Source: Kiritimatiellia bacterium (lineage in GTDB: Bacteria; Verrucomicrobiota; Kiritimatiellia; CAIQIC01; Lenti-01). From it: DNA of 64,000 nt. Location: contig JAQUJC010000007.1 of assembly GCA_028681135.1 (NCBI GenBank), positions 57 to 64,056 of the forward strand, written 5' to 3'. The notes below the pieces were generated by a model that searched no databases, had not been told where the DNA came from, and worked only from the letters and a program-made list of their open reading frames with translations. Below are positions 28,575 to 37,511 of this stretch, piece by piece (position 1 is the first letter of the stretch; every line of letters starts with the position of its first letter). Position numbers and translations under genes: made by a program.

Positions 28575-29432
28575 ATGCCGTTGGTTTGCACTGTGGACGT
28601 CGAGGACTGGGCGCAGTCCACCCTCGATACCGCCATGCCCATTTCGGACCGGGCGGGGCCCAACATGGAGCGCGTGCTGGATGTGCTGGCTGAAGAAAAC
28701 GTCCAGGCCACCTGCTTTGTCTTGGGAAAGTTTGCCGAGAAGTTTCCAGACACGGTCCGGCGCATCGCGGCGGAAGGCCACGAAGTCGCCTCCCATGGCT
28801 ACGGGCATGTGGATGTGTTTCAGATGTCGCCCACCCAGTTCAGGGAAGATATCCGCCGCTCAAAAGACCAATTGGAAACACTGACTGGTGTGGGGGTAAA
28901 GGGCTATCGCGCGCCAGATTTTTCCATCGTTAAGGAATCGCTGTGGGCGCTGGATGTTCTGGCGGAAGAAGGGTTTATTTATGACGCCAGCATCAATCCG
29001 GCTGTACTGGCACGCTTCGGTGTGCCGGGGTTTCCATCGCAGCCGGTGCGAATGCCAGTGAGTGGCGGCTTGACCCTGGTGGAGTTGCCGGTGGCGACGC
29101 TGCGTGTGATGGGACGGCATCTGCCCGTGGCCGGGGGGGGGTATCATCGCCTTTTGCCGTATTCGCTCATCCGTTGGGTGATCGAAAGGACTGTGCTGGC
29201 CGAAGAAGTCTTCATGGCCTACTGCCATCCCTATGAATTTGATCCGGACGAATTTAAACATTTGAAATTCCCACTGCCGCTGAAAACTCGCCTGCACCAA
29301 GGCCTCGGACGGCGAGGATTCGAGAATAAATTCCGCCAGATGCTCCGGCAATTCGAGACGACCCTGGCGGCAACCGTCGCGGAAAAGGCGCTGGACGCTG
29401 CACCGAGTTTCTCCGAATTACTAAAGAGTTAA
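28575..29432 (+). CDS. Polysaccharide deacetylase family protein (PEP-CTERM/EPS-locus subfamily-like)
   Basis: 'MPLVCTVDVEDWAQS...ENVQATCFVLGKFAEKFPDTVRRIAAEGHEVASHGYGHVDV...GYRAPDFSI' has the N-terminal VDVEDW motif typical of the EPS-locus NodB subfamily. There is a G9 tract at 29133-29141. Confidence 0.75.
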   Translation: MPLVCTVDVEDWAQSTLDTAMPISDRAGPNMERVLDVLAEENVQATCFVLGKFAEKFPDTVRRIAAEGHEVASHGYGHVDVFQMSPTQFREDIRRSKDQLETLTGVGVKGYRAPDFSIVKESLWALDVLAEEGFIYDASINPAVLARFGVPGFPSQPVRMPVSGGLTLVELPVATLRVMGRHLPVAGGGYHRLLPYSLIRWVIERTVLAEEVFMAYCHPYEFDPDEFKHLKFPLPLKTRLHQGLGRRGFENKFRQMLRQFETTLAATVAEKALDAAPSFSELLKS

Positions 29433-29444
29433 GAATACGAGAAA

Positions 29445-29530
29445 CTACGGATTTCGCGGATCGCACGGATCTGAAAAAACATTGGATTAAATCCGCGTCA
29501 TCCGCGCAATCCGTAGTTAAATTTATTTCT
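29445..29530 (+). terminator. Imperfect 17-25 bp inverted repeat (ctacggatttcgcggat ... atccgcgcaatccgtag) followed by a T-rich tail; terminator and/or regulatory hairpin
   Basis: Seen in the sequence. The arms at 29445-29461 and 29500-29516 have one mismatch, and further imperfect pairing extends inward. A downstream 'ttaaatttatttcttctt' tail follows. The surrounding 110-nt intergenic region is AT-rich. Confidence 0.5.
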
Positions 29531-29543
29531 TCTTCGTAATGCC

Positions 29544-30230
29544 ATGACTTCTTTTCAACAAATCACCAAGCGGTTATTTGATCTTACCCTTGCTTTCGTG
29601 GGGCTGGTGGTGCTGACGCCGGTTCTGCTGATCGTGGCGGTGGTGGTTCGGGTTTCATCACCCGGGCCGGCGCTGTTCATCCAGGACCGAGTGGGGCGGC
29701 ATGGTCGGATGTTCCGCTGCGCGAAGTTTCGCACGATGCGGACCGGGATGGACCACCACGGCAGCGTGACGGCAGCAGGGGATGACCGGATCACGCCGGT
29801 GGGGCGGTTCCTGCGGCGGTGGAAGTTGGATGAGTTGCCGCAACTATGGCATGTTCTGACCGGACGAATGGCGCTGGTAGGACCGCGGCCCGATGTGCCG
29901 GGTTATGCCGACCGGCTCGAAGGGGACGCCCGCCGAGTATTGGTCCTGCGGCCAGGCATCACCGGTCCCGCCGCTCTCTTCTTTCGCGACGAAGAACGGC
30001 TGCTGGCACTGGCGCGCAATCCGCGCCGCTTTAATGACGAGGTTCTCTTTCCCGAAAAGGTGCGCATCAATCTGGAGTATTTGGCGCACGCCTCGTTCTG
30101 GCGCGATATCGGCTATTTGATATCTACCGTGGCGCCGGGGGCGGCGCGACGCCTGGGATTAGAGCGACGGCTGGGCTTGGACGATGCAGGATTTTTCACT
30201 CGCATGGAGCAGAACGCCATGCACTACTGA
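29544..30230 (+). CDS. Undecaprenyl-phosphate sugar phosphotransferase (small PglC/WbaP-C-terminal type priming transferase)
   Basis: 'LFDLTLAFVGLVVLTPVLLIVAVVVRVSSPGPALFIQDRVGRHGRMFRCAKFRTM...DELPQLWHVLTGRMALVGPRP' is the canonical Bac_transf signature. Confidence 0.85.
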   Translation: MTSFQQITKRLFDLTLAFVGLVVLTPVLLIVAVVVRVSSPGPALFIQDRVGRHGRMFRCAKFRTMRTGMDHHGSVTAAGDDRITPVGRFLRRWKLDELPQLWHVLTGRMALVGPRPDVPGYADRLEGDARRVLVLRPGITGPAALFFRDEERLLALARNPRRFNDEVLFPEKVRINLEYLAHASFWRDIGYLISTVAPGAARRLGLERRLGLDDAGFFTRMEQNAMHY

Positions 30231-30251
30231 CAGACAGAGGATGTTGACCCC

Positions 30252-31433
30252 ATGAAGAATCCAAGGATATTTCTTTCTCCGCCGCACATGAGTGGGCGGG
30301 AGCAGGCGTTTGTGAAGCAGGCGTTTGAGTCGAACTATATCGCGCCGCTGGGGCCCATGGTGGATGCTTTTGAAAAAGAGTTTGCGGAGGTTACGGGCAT
30401 TCCGCATTGCCTCGCGTTGGCCAGCGGTACCGCGGCCACTCATCTGGCGCTGCGTCATCTGGGGGTGGGGCCGGGCGATGAAGTGTTGGCCTCCACCTTG
30501 ACGTTTATCGGCAGCGTGACGCCGGTGATGTTCCAGGGTGCCACTCCGGTGTTCCTTGACTGCGATGAAGAAAGCTGGAACATGGACCCGGTGCTGCTGG
30601 AGCGGGCGTTGGACGATGCCGCCCAGCGTGGAAAAACACCCAAGGCGGTGATTCCCACCGATCTCTATGGCCAACCCTGTGAGCTGCCGCGAATACGGGC
30701 CCTCTGCGACCGTCATGGCGTACCGGTGTTATGTGATTCGGCGGAAGCGATGGGAGCGAAATATCGGGAGCCAGAGAGCAAATATCCAATATCCAACGGG
30801 ACCTCGGACCCCTGGCGGCACGCCGGTGCCGACGCGTGGGCATCGGTGTTTTCGTTCAACGGCAACAAAATCATCACGACCTCAGGCGGCGGGATGCTGG
30901 CTTCGCACGATCGGGAACTGATGGATCATGCCCGCAAGCTATCGCAGCAGGCGCGGGACCCGCTGCCGTGGTATGAGCACACTGAAATCGGATTCAATTA
31001 CCGCCTGAGTAATATCCTGGCGGCCATTGGACTCGGCCAGCTTGAAGTGCTGGAGGAACGGGTGCGTCGCCGGCGGGAGATTTTTGATGGCTATCGCCAA
31101 CGTCTGGGGGATGTGCCGGGCGTCTCCTTTATGCCCGAACCCGCCACCTGCCAGAGTAACCGTTGGCTTACGGTTGTGTTGATCGATCCTGTAGCCTTCG
31201 GGGCGGATACTAATGCAGTGCGCATCGCGCTCGAAGCAGAGAACATTGAAGCGCGGCCCGTATGGAAGCCCATGCATCTTCAACCCGTATTTAAGGGCTG
31301 CCGGTTTTGGGAAAGCGAGCAGGGCATTAGCGAGAAGCTATTTGATCAGGGCTTGTGCCTGCCCTCCGGGACGGCGATGACGGATACCGACCTTGACCGA
31401 GTGTGCGGGATTGTCCAAAAACTTCATGCCTGA
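30252..31433 (+). CDS. DegT/DnrJ/EryC1/StrS-family PLP-dependent sugar aminotransferase (PglE/WbpE-like)
   Basis: 'FESNYIAPLGPMVDAFEKEFAEVTGIPHCLALASGTAATHLAL...SFNGNKIITTSGGGML' includes the Lys-containing PLP motif region. Confidence 0.85.
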   Translation: MKNPRIFLSPPHMSGREQAFVKQAFESNYIAPLGPMVDAFEKEFAEVTGIPHCLALASGTAATHLALRHLGVGPGDEVLASTLTFIGSVTPVMFQGATPVFLDCDEESWNMDPVLLERALDDAAQRGKTPKAVIPTDLYGQPCELPRIRALCDRHGVPVLCDSAEAMGAKYREPESKYPISNGTSDPWRHAGADAWASVFSFNGNKIITTSGGGMLASHDRELMDHARKLSQQARDPLPWYEHTEIGFNYRLSNILAAIGLGQLEVLEERVRRRREIFDGYRQRLGDVPGVSFMPEPATCQSNRWLTVVLIDPVAFGADTNAVRIALEAENIEARPVWKPMHLQPVFKGCRFWESEQGISEKLFDQGLCLPSGTAMTDTDLDRVCGIVQKLHA

Positions 31434-31472
31434 GCCGACAGACGGATTGGCGAGGGACATTGCGACCACTGA

Positions 31473-31907
31473 GTGGTCGCAATAAGAGAGAGTAAAGGGT
31501 GCGCTGTGGACTATGCTGAATGGACATTTTCGCGGGGTCTCCGCCATTTGCTTTGCGGCCTGCATCTCGCGCTGATTGCCATTTTGTCGTTGCTTCCGGC
31601 TTGGCTTTTTCCCGCATCCGTGACGAGCGTGGCCGGCATGGATAAAGTGGTGCACGCCGGCCTGTATGGGATACTGGGGGCACTGGTGTATTGGGCGAGG
31701 GCGGCCGACCGCAAAGGCCCCCCCCGCGCCAGGTGGGCCCTGGGGGCAATAGGCTATGGCGTGTTGATGGAAATCTTGCAACTGACGCTCAGCGGTGCCA
31801 GCCGAGGATTCAGTTGGGGGGATATTCTGGCCAATGCGGTGGGGGTCGCCGCGGGCTGGCTTGTCATGCAGCGGCTCCTGGGGCGCGGCGACATTCATAA
31901 AACCTGA
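31473..31907 (+). CDS. VanZ-like small membrane protein
   Basis: 'MDKVVHAGLYGILGAL...VLMEILQLTLSGASRGFSWGDILANAVGVAAGW' is VanZ-family-like. The exact start is uncertain. A C8 tract lies at ~31718. Confidence 0.45.
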   Translation: MVAIRESKGCAVDYAEWTFSRGLRHLLCGLHLALIAILSLLPAWLFPASVTSVAGMDKVVHAGLYGILGALVYWARAADRKGPPRARWALGAIGYGVLMEILQLTLSGASRGFSWGDILANAVGVAAGWLVMQRLLGRGDIHKT

Positions 31908-31995
31908 ACATTTCCCTGTTCCTTTTCGGGGCGGCAGACTATACTCATCGCAATGTTGGGCGGTATTGTCTGCAACAAAATGGTTGGTTGAGGGT

Positions 31996-33897
31996 ATGCT
32001 TCAGCAATTCAAAAATCGTAATTTTTACATTATTTTGGTGGGCGACGTGGTCTTGTTCGCCGCGTCGCTGATCTTGGCCTATGGCTTGCGGTTTTCGCTG
32101 GAGATTCCGGGGTCGGAATGGCGTCAAATCGTTCTGCTGCTGCCGTGGCTGCTGATCATCAAAGTAGCTGTTTTTTATGCGATGGGGGTGTATCGCGGCA
32201 TGTGGCGCTATACCAGCGTGCCGGATGCGATTCGGTTGACCAAGGCGTCCATTATCGCGACGCTTGCTATCATGACGGCGCTGACCCTTGTCCATCAGTT
32301 TAAGGGCTTCTCGCGTTCCGTTTTTCTGGCGGATTGCATTTTTACCGTCTTTTTCTGTAGCGGTTCCCGACTGATCATTCGCGTGTTGAGCACAAAAAAG
32401 CGCGGTGGCTTAAAGTTTTGGGACCGGGAAGACGAAGACAGCCTGCCAGTTCGGCATGTGCGGCTCTTGATCATCGGGGCGGGGGATGCTGCGGCCAGCA
32501 TCATCCGGGAAATCCAGGGCAACCCCCATTCGCCCTACGATGTGGTGGCGTGCATCGATGACGATCTGCGCAAGCATGGACAGACCCTGCTTGAGGTGCC
32601 CGTGCGCGCGCCGATCGAGCGCCTGCTTTTTTATGTGAACCGGTTCCAGGTGGACGAAATCCTGATTGCGATGCCGTCGGTGGTGGGGGAAACCATGCGG
32701 CAGATTGTGAGTGCCTGCAAGGCGAGCGGCCTGCCGTTTAAGACCCTGCCCTCGCTGGGGTCACTGGTGGATGGCAAAGTCACAGTCAATGATGTCCGTA
32801 ATGTAGAGTACGAGGATATTCTAGGGCGTTCGCCGGTGCAGTTGGACCATGCCGGGATTGGCCGGTGCCTGACCGGGAAAACCGTGGCGGTGACCGGGGC
32901 GGGGGGGTCTATTGGATCGGAGCTGTGTCGCCAGATTCTGCGATTCAATCCGGCGGTGTTAGTGTTGATTGAGTCCAGCGAATTCAATTTGCACCAGATC
33001 GAGCAGGAACTGCGGCGCGAGAGCCGCTTCGAAGGGTTGCGCACCGTCCTGGGGCGGGTGCAGGATCGCGTGCTGATGGCCAATGTGTTCGACCGCTACC
33101 GGCCTCAGGTGGTGTTTCATGCGGCAGCGTGCAAGCATGTGCCGATTGTGGAATTGAATCGACGCGAGGGGATTCTGAATAATGTCCTCGGCAGCTTGAC
33201 CCTGATGGACGTGGCTGAGGAGTATGGCGTCGAACGCTTTGTGCAGGTCTCCACCGACAAGGCGGTGCGGCCGACAAACGTGATGGGTGCCAGCAAGCGT
33301 GTGGTGGAAATGGCCCTGCAGGCGCGAGTGCCGGGCAAGACGCGATTCATGGCCGTGCGCTTTGGCAACGTGCTGGGTTCCTCGGGATCGGTTATCCCGC
33401 TCTTCCAACGGCAGATTCAGACCGGGGGGCCCGTCACGGTGACCCATCCGGATATCACCCGCTATTTCATGATGATTCCCGAGGCCTGTCAGTTGATTCT
33501 ACAGGCGGGGGCCATGGGCGAGGGAGGCGAAATCTTCATTTTGGAGATGGGCACACCCGTCAAGATTGCCGACATGGCGCGTGATATGATCCGGCTGTCC
33601 GGCAAGGTGCCGGAGCAGGACATCCAGATCGTTTATACCGGATTGCGCCCCGGCGAGAAGCTCCACGAAGAACTGATCACCCAGGGCGAGGGCATCGTGG
33701 CGACCGCCCATGAAAAGATCATGGTGCTCCGGCGCGATGGGCCCGCCGCAACGGATGCCGATTCGGATCGGCGGATTCGCGCTCAGATCGACCGCCTGGT
33801 GCAAACGGCAGACACGTTCGATGCCGGGCAGGTTAAGGATACCTTGCAAGACATCGTGCCGGAATATCTCCCGGAGTTGCCCGCGGCGGGGTCATGA
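31996..33897 (+). CDS. Membrane-bound UDP-GlcNAc 4,6-dehydratase (PglF/CapD/WbpM family)
   Basis: 633 aa from the ATG at 31996, with 4 N-terminal TM helices. 'VTGAGGSIGSELCRQIL' is a Rossmann motif. 'VSTDKAVRPTNVMGASKRVVE' matches the YxxxK region (here MGASK), and 'RFGNVLGSSGSVIP' follows. Confidence 0.85.
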   Translation: MLQQFKNRNFYIILVGDVVLFAASLILAYGLRFSLEIPGSEWRQIVLLLPWLLIIKVAVFYAMGVYRGMWRYTSVPDAIRLTKASIIATLAIMTALTLVHQFKGFSRSVFLADCIFTVFFCSGSRLIIRVLSTKKRGGLKFWDREDEDSLPVRHVRLLIIGAGDAAASIIREIQGNPHSPYDVVACIDDDLRKHGQTLLEVPVRAPIERLLFYVNRFQVDEILIAMPSVVGETMRQIVSACKASGLPFKTLPSLGSLVDGKVTVNDVRNVEYEDILGRSPVQLDHAGIGRCLTGKTVAVTGAGGSIGSELCRQILRFNPAVLVLIESSEFNLHQIEQELRRESRFEGLRTVLGRVQDRVLMANVFDRYRPQVVFHAAACKHVPIVELNRREGILNNVLGSLTLMDVAEEYGVERFVQVSTDKAVRPTNVMGASKRVVEMALQARVPGKTRFMAVRFGNVLGSSGSVIPLFQRQIQTGGPVTVTHPDITRYFMMIPEACQLILQAGAMGEGGEIFILEMGTPVKIADMARDMIRLSGKVPEQDIQIVYTGLRPGEKLHEELITQGEGIVATAHEKIMVLRRDGPAATDADSDRRIRAQIDRLVQTADTFDAGQVKDTLQDIVPEYLPELPAAGS

Positions 33898-35315
33898 CCC
33901 CCGACACCCTCAGCAACTATTGGCGCCGACGCTCACAGGTGTCCGCTTGTCGCGAGGGGGACAACCTCATTCTGTTCGATCCGGATTCCGGCCGCGAAAA
34001 AACAATCAATCATGCGGGATATGCCGTGTGGGAGGCCATGGATGGCTCTCGCCAAACCCAGGAACTGGCCCGTGCACTGGCCCGGCGTTACGACTTGGCC
34101 GTGACGGACGCCATTCGCTCCGATGCCACGGCTTTTGCCGAAGAACTCCTCCGTGATGGTTACGCGGAAACCCTGGAAGTACCTGCAGAGGTGGCCTTGC
34201 CGCCCGACGCCTATTCCTGGCTGCGCGAAGCGCCGCGCAATTTCGATGTGTCGCTGACCGGACGATGCAACCTGCGCTGCGCCTATTGCTTCTATGCCGA
34301 CGAAATGGTGGGGCGCCGTGACTTGCCGGGAGAACGCTGGCAGGTATTTTTTGCCGAGTTAAAAACGCTGGCGGTCCGGGGGCTGACTCTCAGCGGCGGC
34401 GAAGTCTTCATGCGGCCGGACCTATGGGAGTTGGTCGATGCGCTGATCGACGCGCGCATGCGCTACAGCCTGTTGACAAACGGCACGTTGATCACCGATG
34501 CCACTCTGGATGCCCTCGGGTCGGCGCGTCGCCGACAGCGGCTGGACTCGATCCAGGTGTCCATCGATGGCTCCTGCGCGGCGGTACATGACGCCTCGCG
34601 GGGGGTGGGCAGCTTTGACAAAGCCATTCGAGGGTTGCGCCTGTTGCAAGAAGCCGGGGTGCCCGTGACCGCCCGCATCACGGTGAATCAGCACAATGTC
34701 GGCGATCTGGAAAATACGGTGGGGTTGCTGCTGGACGACGTTGGTTTGGCCGGGATTGGCACCAACGACGCCATGCCCATGGGGACGGGATGCGCCCATC
34801 GCAACGACGTGGTGCTCACGCCCGGACAGCGCGTAACCGCGATGGAAACGCTGGTGCGTCTGGAGCAGCGGTATCCGGGCCGCATTCAGGCCACGGCGGG
34901 GTCCCTGGCGTTGTGGCACATGTTCCGGGAAATGGAGGAGGCGAAAGCCACCGGGGTGAAGACCCAGCGCTGGAAAATGGGATTCCTCTCTTCTTGCGGC
35001 TGCATGTTCTGCAAGTTGGCGGTACACCATGATGGCATGATTGTGCCTTGCAACATGCTGGCGTCGGCATCGTTGGGAACCATTGGTGAGACGCCGGTAC
35101 GTTCCATCTGGCAGGATCATCCGTTGCTGCAAGAGATGCGCAGTCGCCGAAATATCCCAATGGAGCAGGTGCCCGGCTGTGAAGACTGCGAATGGGCACC
35201 CTATTGCAACGGGGGCTGCCCTGCCGCCGAGCATGCCCGAATCGGCGATATGAACGTGGCGAATCCCGAGTGCTGCTACCGGCGGTTTCTCAATGAGTGT
35301 GGCGAGTTGCCTTGA
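33894..35315 (+). CDS. Radical SAM/SPASM-domain enzyme with fused N-terminal PqqD/RRE-like domain (RiPP-maturase-like)
   Basis: N-terminal ~95 aa 'GDNLILFDPDSGREKTINHAGYAVWEAMDGSRQTQELARALARRYDLAVTDAIRSDATAFAEELLRDGYAE' has the PqqD-family pattern. 'LTGRCNLRCAYCFY' is the CxxxCxxC motif. The C-terminal Cys-rich SPASM region is 'CGCMFCKLAVHHDGMIVPCN...CEDCEWAPYCNGGCPA'. Confidence 0.8.
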   Translation: MTPDTLSNYWRRRSQVSACREGDNLILFDPDSGREKTINHAGYAVWEAMDGSRQTQELARALARRYDLAVTDAIRSDATAFAEELLRDGYAETLEVPAEVALPPDAYSWLREAPRNFDVSLTGRCNLRCAYCFYADEMVGRRDLPGERWQVFFAELKTLAVRGLTLSGGEVFMRPDLWELVDALIDARMRYSLLTNGTLITDATLDALGSARRRQRLDSIQVSIDGSCAAVHDASRGVGSFDKAIRGLRLLQEAGVPVTARITVNQHNVGDLENTVGLLLDDVGLAGIGTNDAMPMGTGCAHRNDVVLTPGQRVTAMETLVRLEQRYPGRIQATAGSLALWHMFREMEEAKATGVKTQRWKMGFLSSCGCMFCKLAVHHDGMIVPCNMLASASLGTIGETPVRSIWQDHPLLQEMRSRRNIPMEQVPGCEDCEWAPYCNGGCPAAEHARIGDMNVANPECCYRRFLNECGELP

Positions 35316-35917
35316 AAGCAAAATCTGAATATCCAATATCCAATACCCAATCATCATGGGGCAATCTGCGGTTTGCGCTCCGTACGGATGTCGTACTTGA
35401 GCATTTTGGTGAACGCTCATTGGCGCTGCTGTGCCATGCCCTTAAACTGTGCGAAATCAACGCGTCGGGGCAGCAGATGCTGGCGCGTCTTGACGGGAAG
35501 CGAACGGTGCAGGATATTGCCGATGAACTCGGCTTGCCGCCTCAGGCGATTAGTGAGCCGTTGATGGAGATGGAGCAGCAGGGGGTCGTGCGCCGCGTGG
35601 TGAGTTTGAGTAAAGAAAGGTACGGGAACATGAGTGAAGCAAGATACCTGGCCGATCCGGACGTGTCGTTCCGGCAGGAAGACAACGATGGCGGGCTGCT
35701 CTACAATGCCGAAACGGATACGCTGGAAGTGATCAACCCCGTCGCAGTGGAAATCTGGAAATTCTTGGCGGCACCGCAGACCCAGGCAGACGTCGTGGCG
35801 CATCTGCACCAGGCTTGCGAGGGCGTCCCTCATGACCAAGTGGCAGCGGATGTGGCTGAATTTCTCGATGGCATGGTCCAAAAGGGATTCATCGGTGTGA
35901 TCGAGGAGTCTGTCTAA
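35297..35917 (+). CDS. Stand-alone protein with two tandem PqqD-like (RRE/peptide-chaperone-like) domains
   Basis: Domain 1 is 'VLEHFGERSLALLCHALKLCEINASGQQMLARLDGKRTVQDIADELGLP...EMEQQGVV'. Domain 2 is 'LLYNAETDTLEVINPVAVEIWKFLAAPQTQADVVAHLHQACEGVPHDQVAADVAEFLDGMVQKGFI'. The start is uncertain because the ORF overlaps the upstream gene by 19 nt. Confidence 0.6.
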   Translation: MWRVALKAKSEYPISNTQSSWGNLRFALRTDVVLEHFGERSLALLCHALKLCEINASGQQMLARLDGKRTVQDIADELGLPPQAISEPLMEMEQQGVVRRVVSLSKERYGNMSEARYLADPDVSFRQEDNDGGLLYNAETDTLEVINPVAVEIWKFLAAPQTQADVVAHLHQACEGVPHDQVAADVAEFLDGMVQKGFIGVIEESV

Positions 35918-37080
35918 TGGGGGCGGCGGGGCCTTGCGATGGGCAGACAGACCTCCCAACCATGCCGGTGGTGGACATGCCCCCGGATGTCCCGGCACTC
36001 AGGACCTTCTACCTCTATCTCTCCGCGGGCTGTAATCTGCATTGTCAGCATTGCTGGATCACCCCGACCTTTGTGCACGGCAAACCGGTGCCGGGTGATT
36101 GCCTCGAATTGCGCCTGCTGCAGGCGGCGGTAGAGGAAGCCCGCCCGTTGGGGCTGTCGGCCGCCAAACTCACCGGCGGTGAGCCCCTGTTGCATCCGGA
36201 TTTCCGGCGCGTGGTCGACTATCTGACCGCACAGGAGTTGGAACTTTCCATGGAAACCAACGCAACGCTGATCGACCGCGAGTTGGCCGTGCATCTCGTC
36301 AAACACACCACGTTGAAGCGAGTTGCGGTCAGTCTGGACAGCCCCGTGGAGCAGGATCATGACCGCTTTCGCGGGAAACCCGGGGCCTTTCGGGAAGCCG
36401 TCCGTGGAATTGAGCATTTGGTGGCGGCCGGGATGCATCCGCAAATCATCATGTCGGTCTATCGTGGCAACCTGAAGCAGATCGACGGCTTGATCGAATT
36501 GGCCATGAAACTGGGCGCGAGTTCGGTCAAGTTCAATCCGATAACAAAATCGGGGCGGGGGGCGGAGATGCACCGGCAGGGGCAGGGGCTGGACTTCGAT
36601 GCGCATATCGCACTGATACGGCACATTCGCGGCCCGCTGCAGGACCGCTATCCCATATATCTCAGTGCGATGGTGCCCCCGGCCATGTCCACCGTGAAGG
36701 AACTCCTGCGCTATGGCGGGGAGGGGGCGGGCTGCCATGTGCGCCATATCCTGGGAATTTTGGGAACAGGGGAAATGGCTCTGTGCGGCATCGGACGCAG
36801 CATCCCGGAGCTGTGTTTTGGCCGACTGGGGCAGGACAGTCTGCGCGAAGCCTGGATGACCCATCCCGTGCTGGTCCAGATGCGCAAGGATATGAAGGGC
36901 CCGTTCCCCGGCGTGTGCGGCGATTGCCTGCATGTCGGCCGCTGCCTGACCCATTGCCTGGCACAAAATTATGAAGCCAACGGTAAGCTGGTGTCGCCCT
37001 CGCCACTGTGCGCGGAAGCCGTACGGCGTGGCGTTTTTCCTGATACACGGCGGATTTCGTGGTCGAGTGGTGAGTGGTGA
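35917..37080 (+). CDS. Radical SAM/SPASM-domain enzyme (second maturase-like protein, no fused RRE)
   Basis: 'YLYLSAGCNLHCQHCW' is the radical-SAM cluster motif. The C-terminal SPASM-like region is 'CHVRHILGILGTGEMALCGIG...GVCGDCLHVGRCLTHC'. The 3' end runs into the heptanucleotide repeat. Confidence 0.8.
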   Translation: MGAAGPCDGQTDLPTMPVVDMPPDVPALRTFYLYLSAGCNLHCQHCWITPTFVHGKPVPGDCLELRLLQAAVEEARPLGLSAAKLTGGEPLLHPDFRRVVDYLTAQELELSMETNATLIDRELAVHLVKHTTLKRVAVSLDSPVEQDHDRFRGKPGAFREAVRGIEHLVAAGMHPQIIMSVYRGNLKQIDGLIELAMKLGASSVKFNPITKSGRGAEMHRQGQGLDFDAHIALIRHIRGPLQDRYPIYLSAMVPPAMSTVKELLRYGGEGAGCHVRHILGILGTGEMALCGIGRSIPELCFGRLGQDSLREAWMTHPVLVQMRKDMKGPFPGVCGDCLHVGRCLTHCLAQNYEANGKLVSPSPLCAEAVRRGVFPDTRRISWSSGEW

Positions 37081-37149
37081 GTAGTGAGTCGTGAGTAGTG
37101 AGTGGGGAGTGGGGAGTGGTGAGTGGTGAGTCGTGAGTGGGGAGTAGGG
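37063..37149. repeat. Heptanucleotide tandem repeat (~12 units, TNGNGAG: TGGTGAG/TAGTGAG/TCGTGAG/TGGGGAG)
   Basis: Seen directly in the sequence. It overlaps the last codons of the rSAM gene and ends ~27 nt before the second four-helix-bundle gene. On the minus strand it generates the spurious low-complexity ORFs 'SPLTTHHSPL...'. Confidence 0.85.
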
Positions 37150-37175
37150 AAGAACGATACGAGTGGAGGTGACAG

Positions 37176-37511
37176 ATGGCGGGGAATAGCGAGACGCATT
37201 CGCAGAACTTTGAAACCCTTGACTGTTGGAAAGCGTGCCGAGAATTACGGTTGTTTGTGGTGAAACAAGTTGTTCCTGTTTTGCCGCTTGAAGAAAAATA
37301 CAGGTTGGCGGACCAGTTGATCCGTGCAGGCCGATCCACGACGGCCAACATCGCGGAGGGTGATGGACGATTCCATTATCAGGATAATGCCAAGTTCTGT
37401 CGAAATGCCCGTGGCTCAAGCAAAGAAGTTCTCGACCACTTGATCACGGCTTACGACGAAGGTCTCCTAGAGGTGGACACCCTACTGCAAGGGCGTATAT
37501 TAGTTGAGTGA
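37176..37511 (+). CDS. Four-helix-bundle protein (TIGR02436-type), second copy
   Basis: 'CWKACRELRLFVVKQVVPVLPLEEKYRLADQLIRAGRSTTANIAEGDGRFHYQDNAKFCRNARGSSKEVLDHL' is the family signature. It is ~30% identical to the copy at 5842. Confidence 0.75.
   Translation: MAGNSETHSQNFETLDCWKACRELRLFVVKQVVPVLPLEEKYRLADQLIRAGRSTTANIAEGDGRFHYQDNAKFCRNARGSSKEVLDHLITAYDEGLLEVDTLLQGRILVE

Noticed and set aside
35914-37419. 501-aa minus-strand ORF antisense to the second radical-SAM gene, and low-complexity 'SPLTTHHSPL' ORFs (36662..37351 -, 36969..37199 -)
   Set aside because: The sense strand has clear rSAM/SPASM motifs. The minus-strand repeats are the reverse complement of the heptanucleotide tandem repeat, not a protein.
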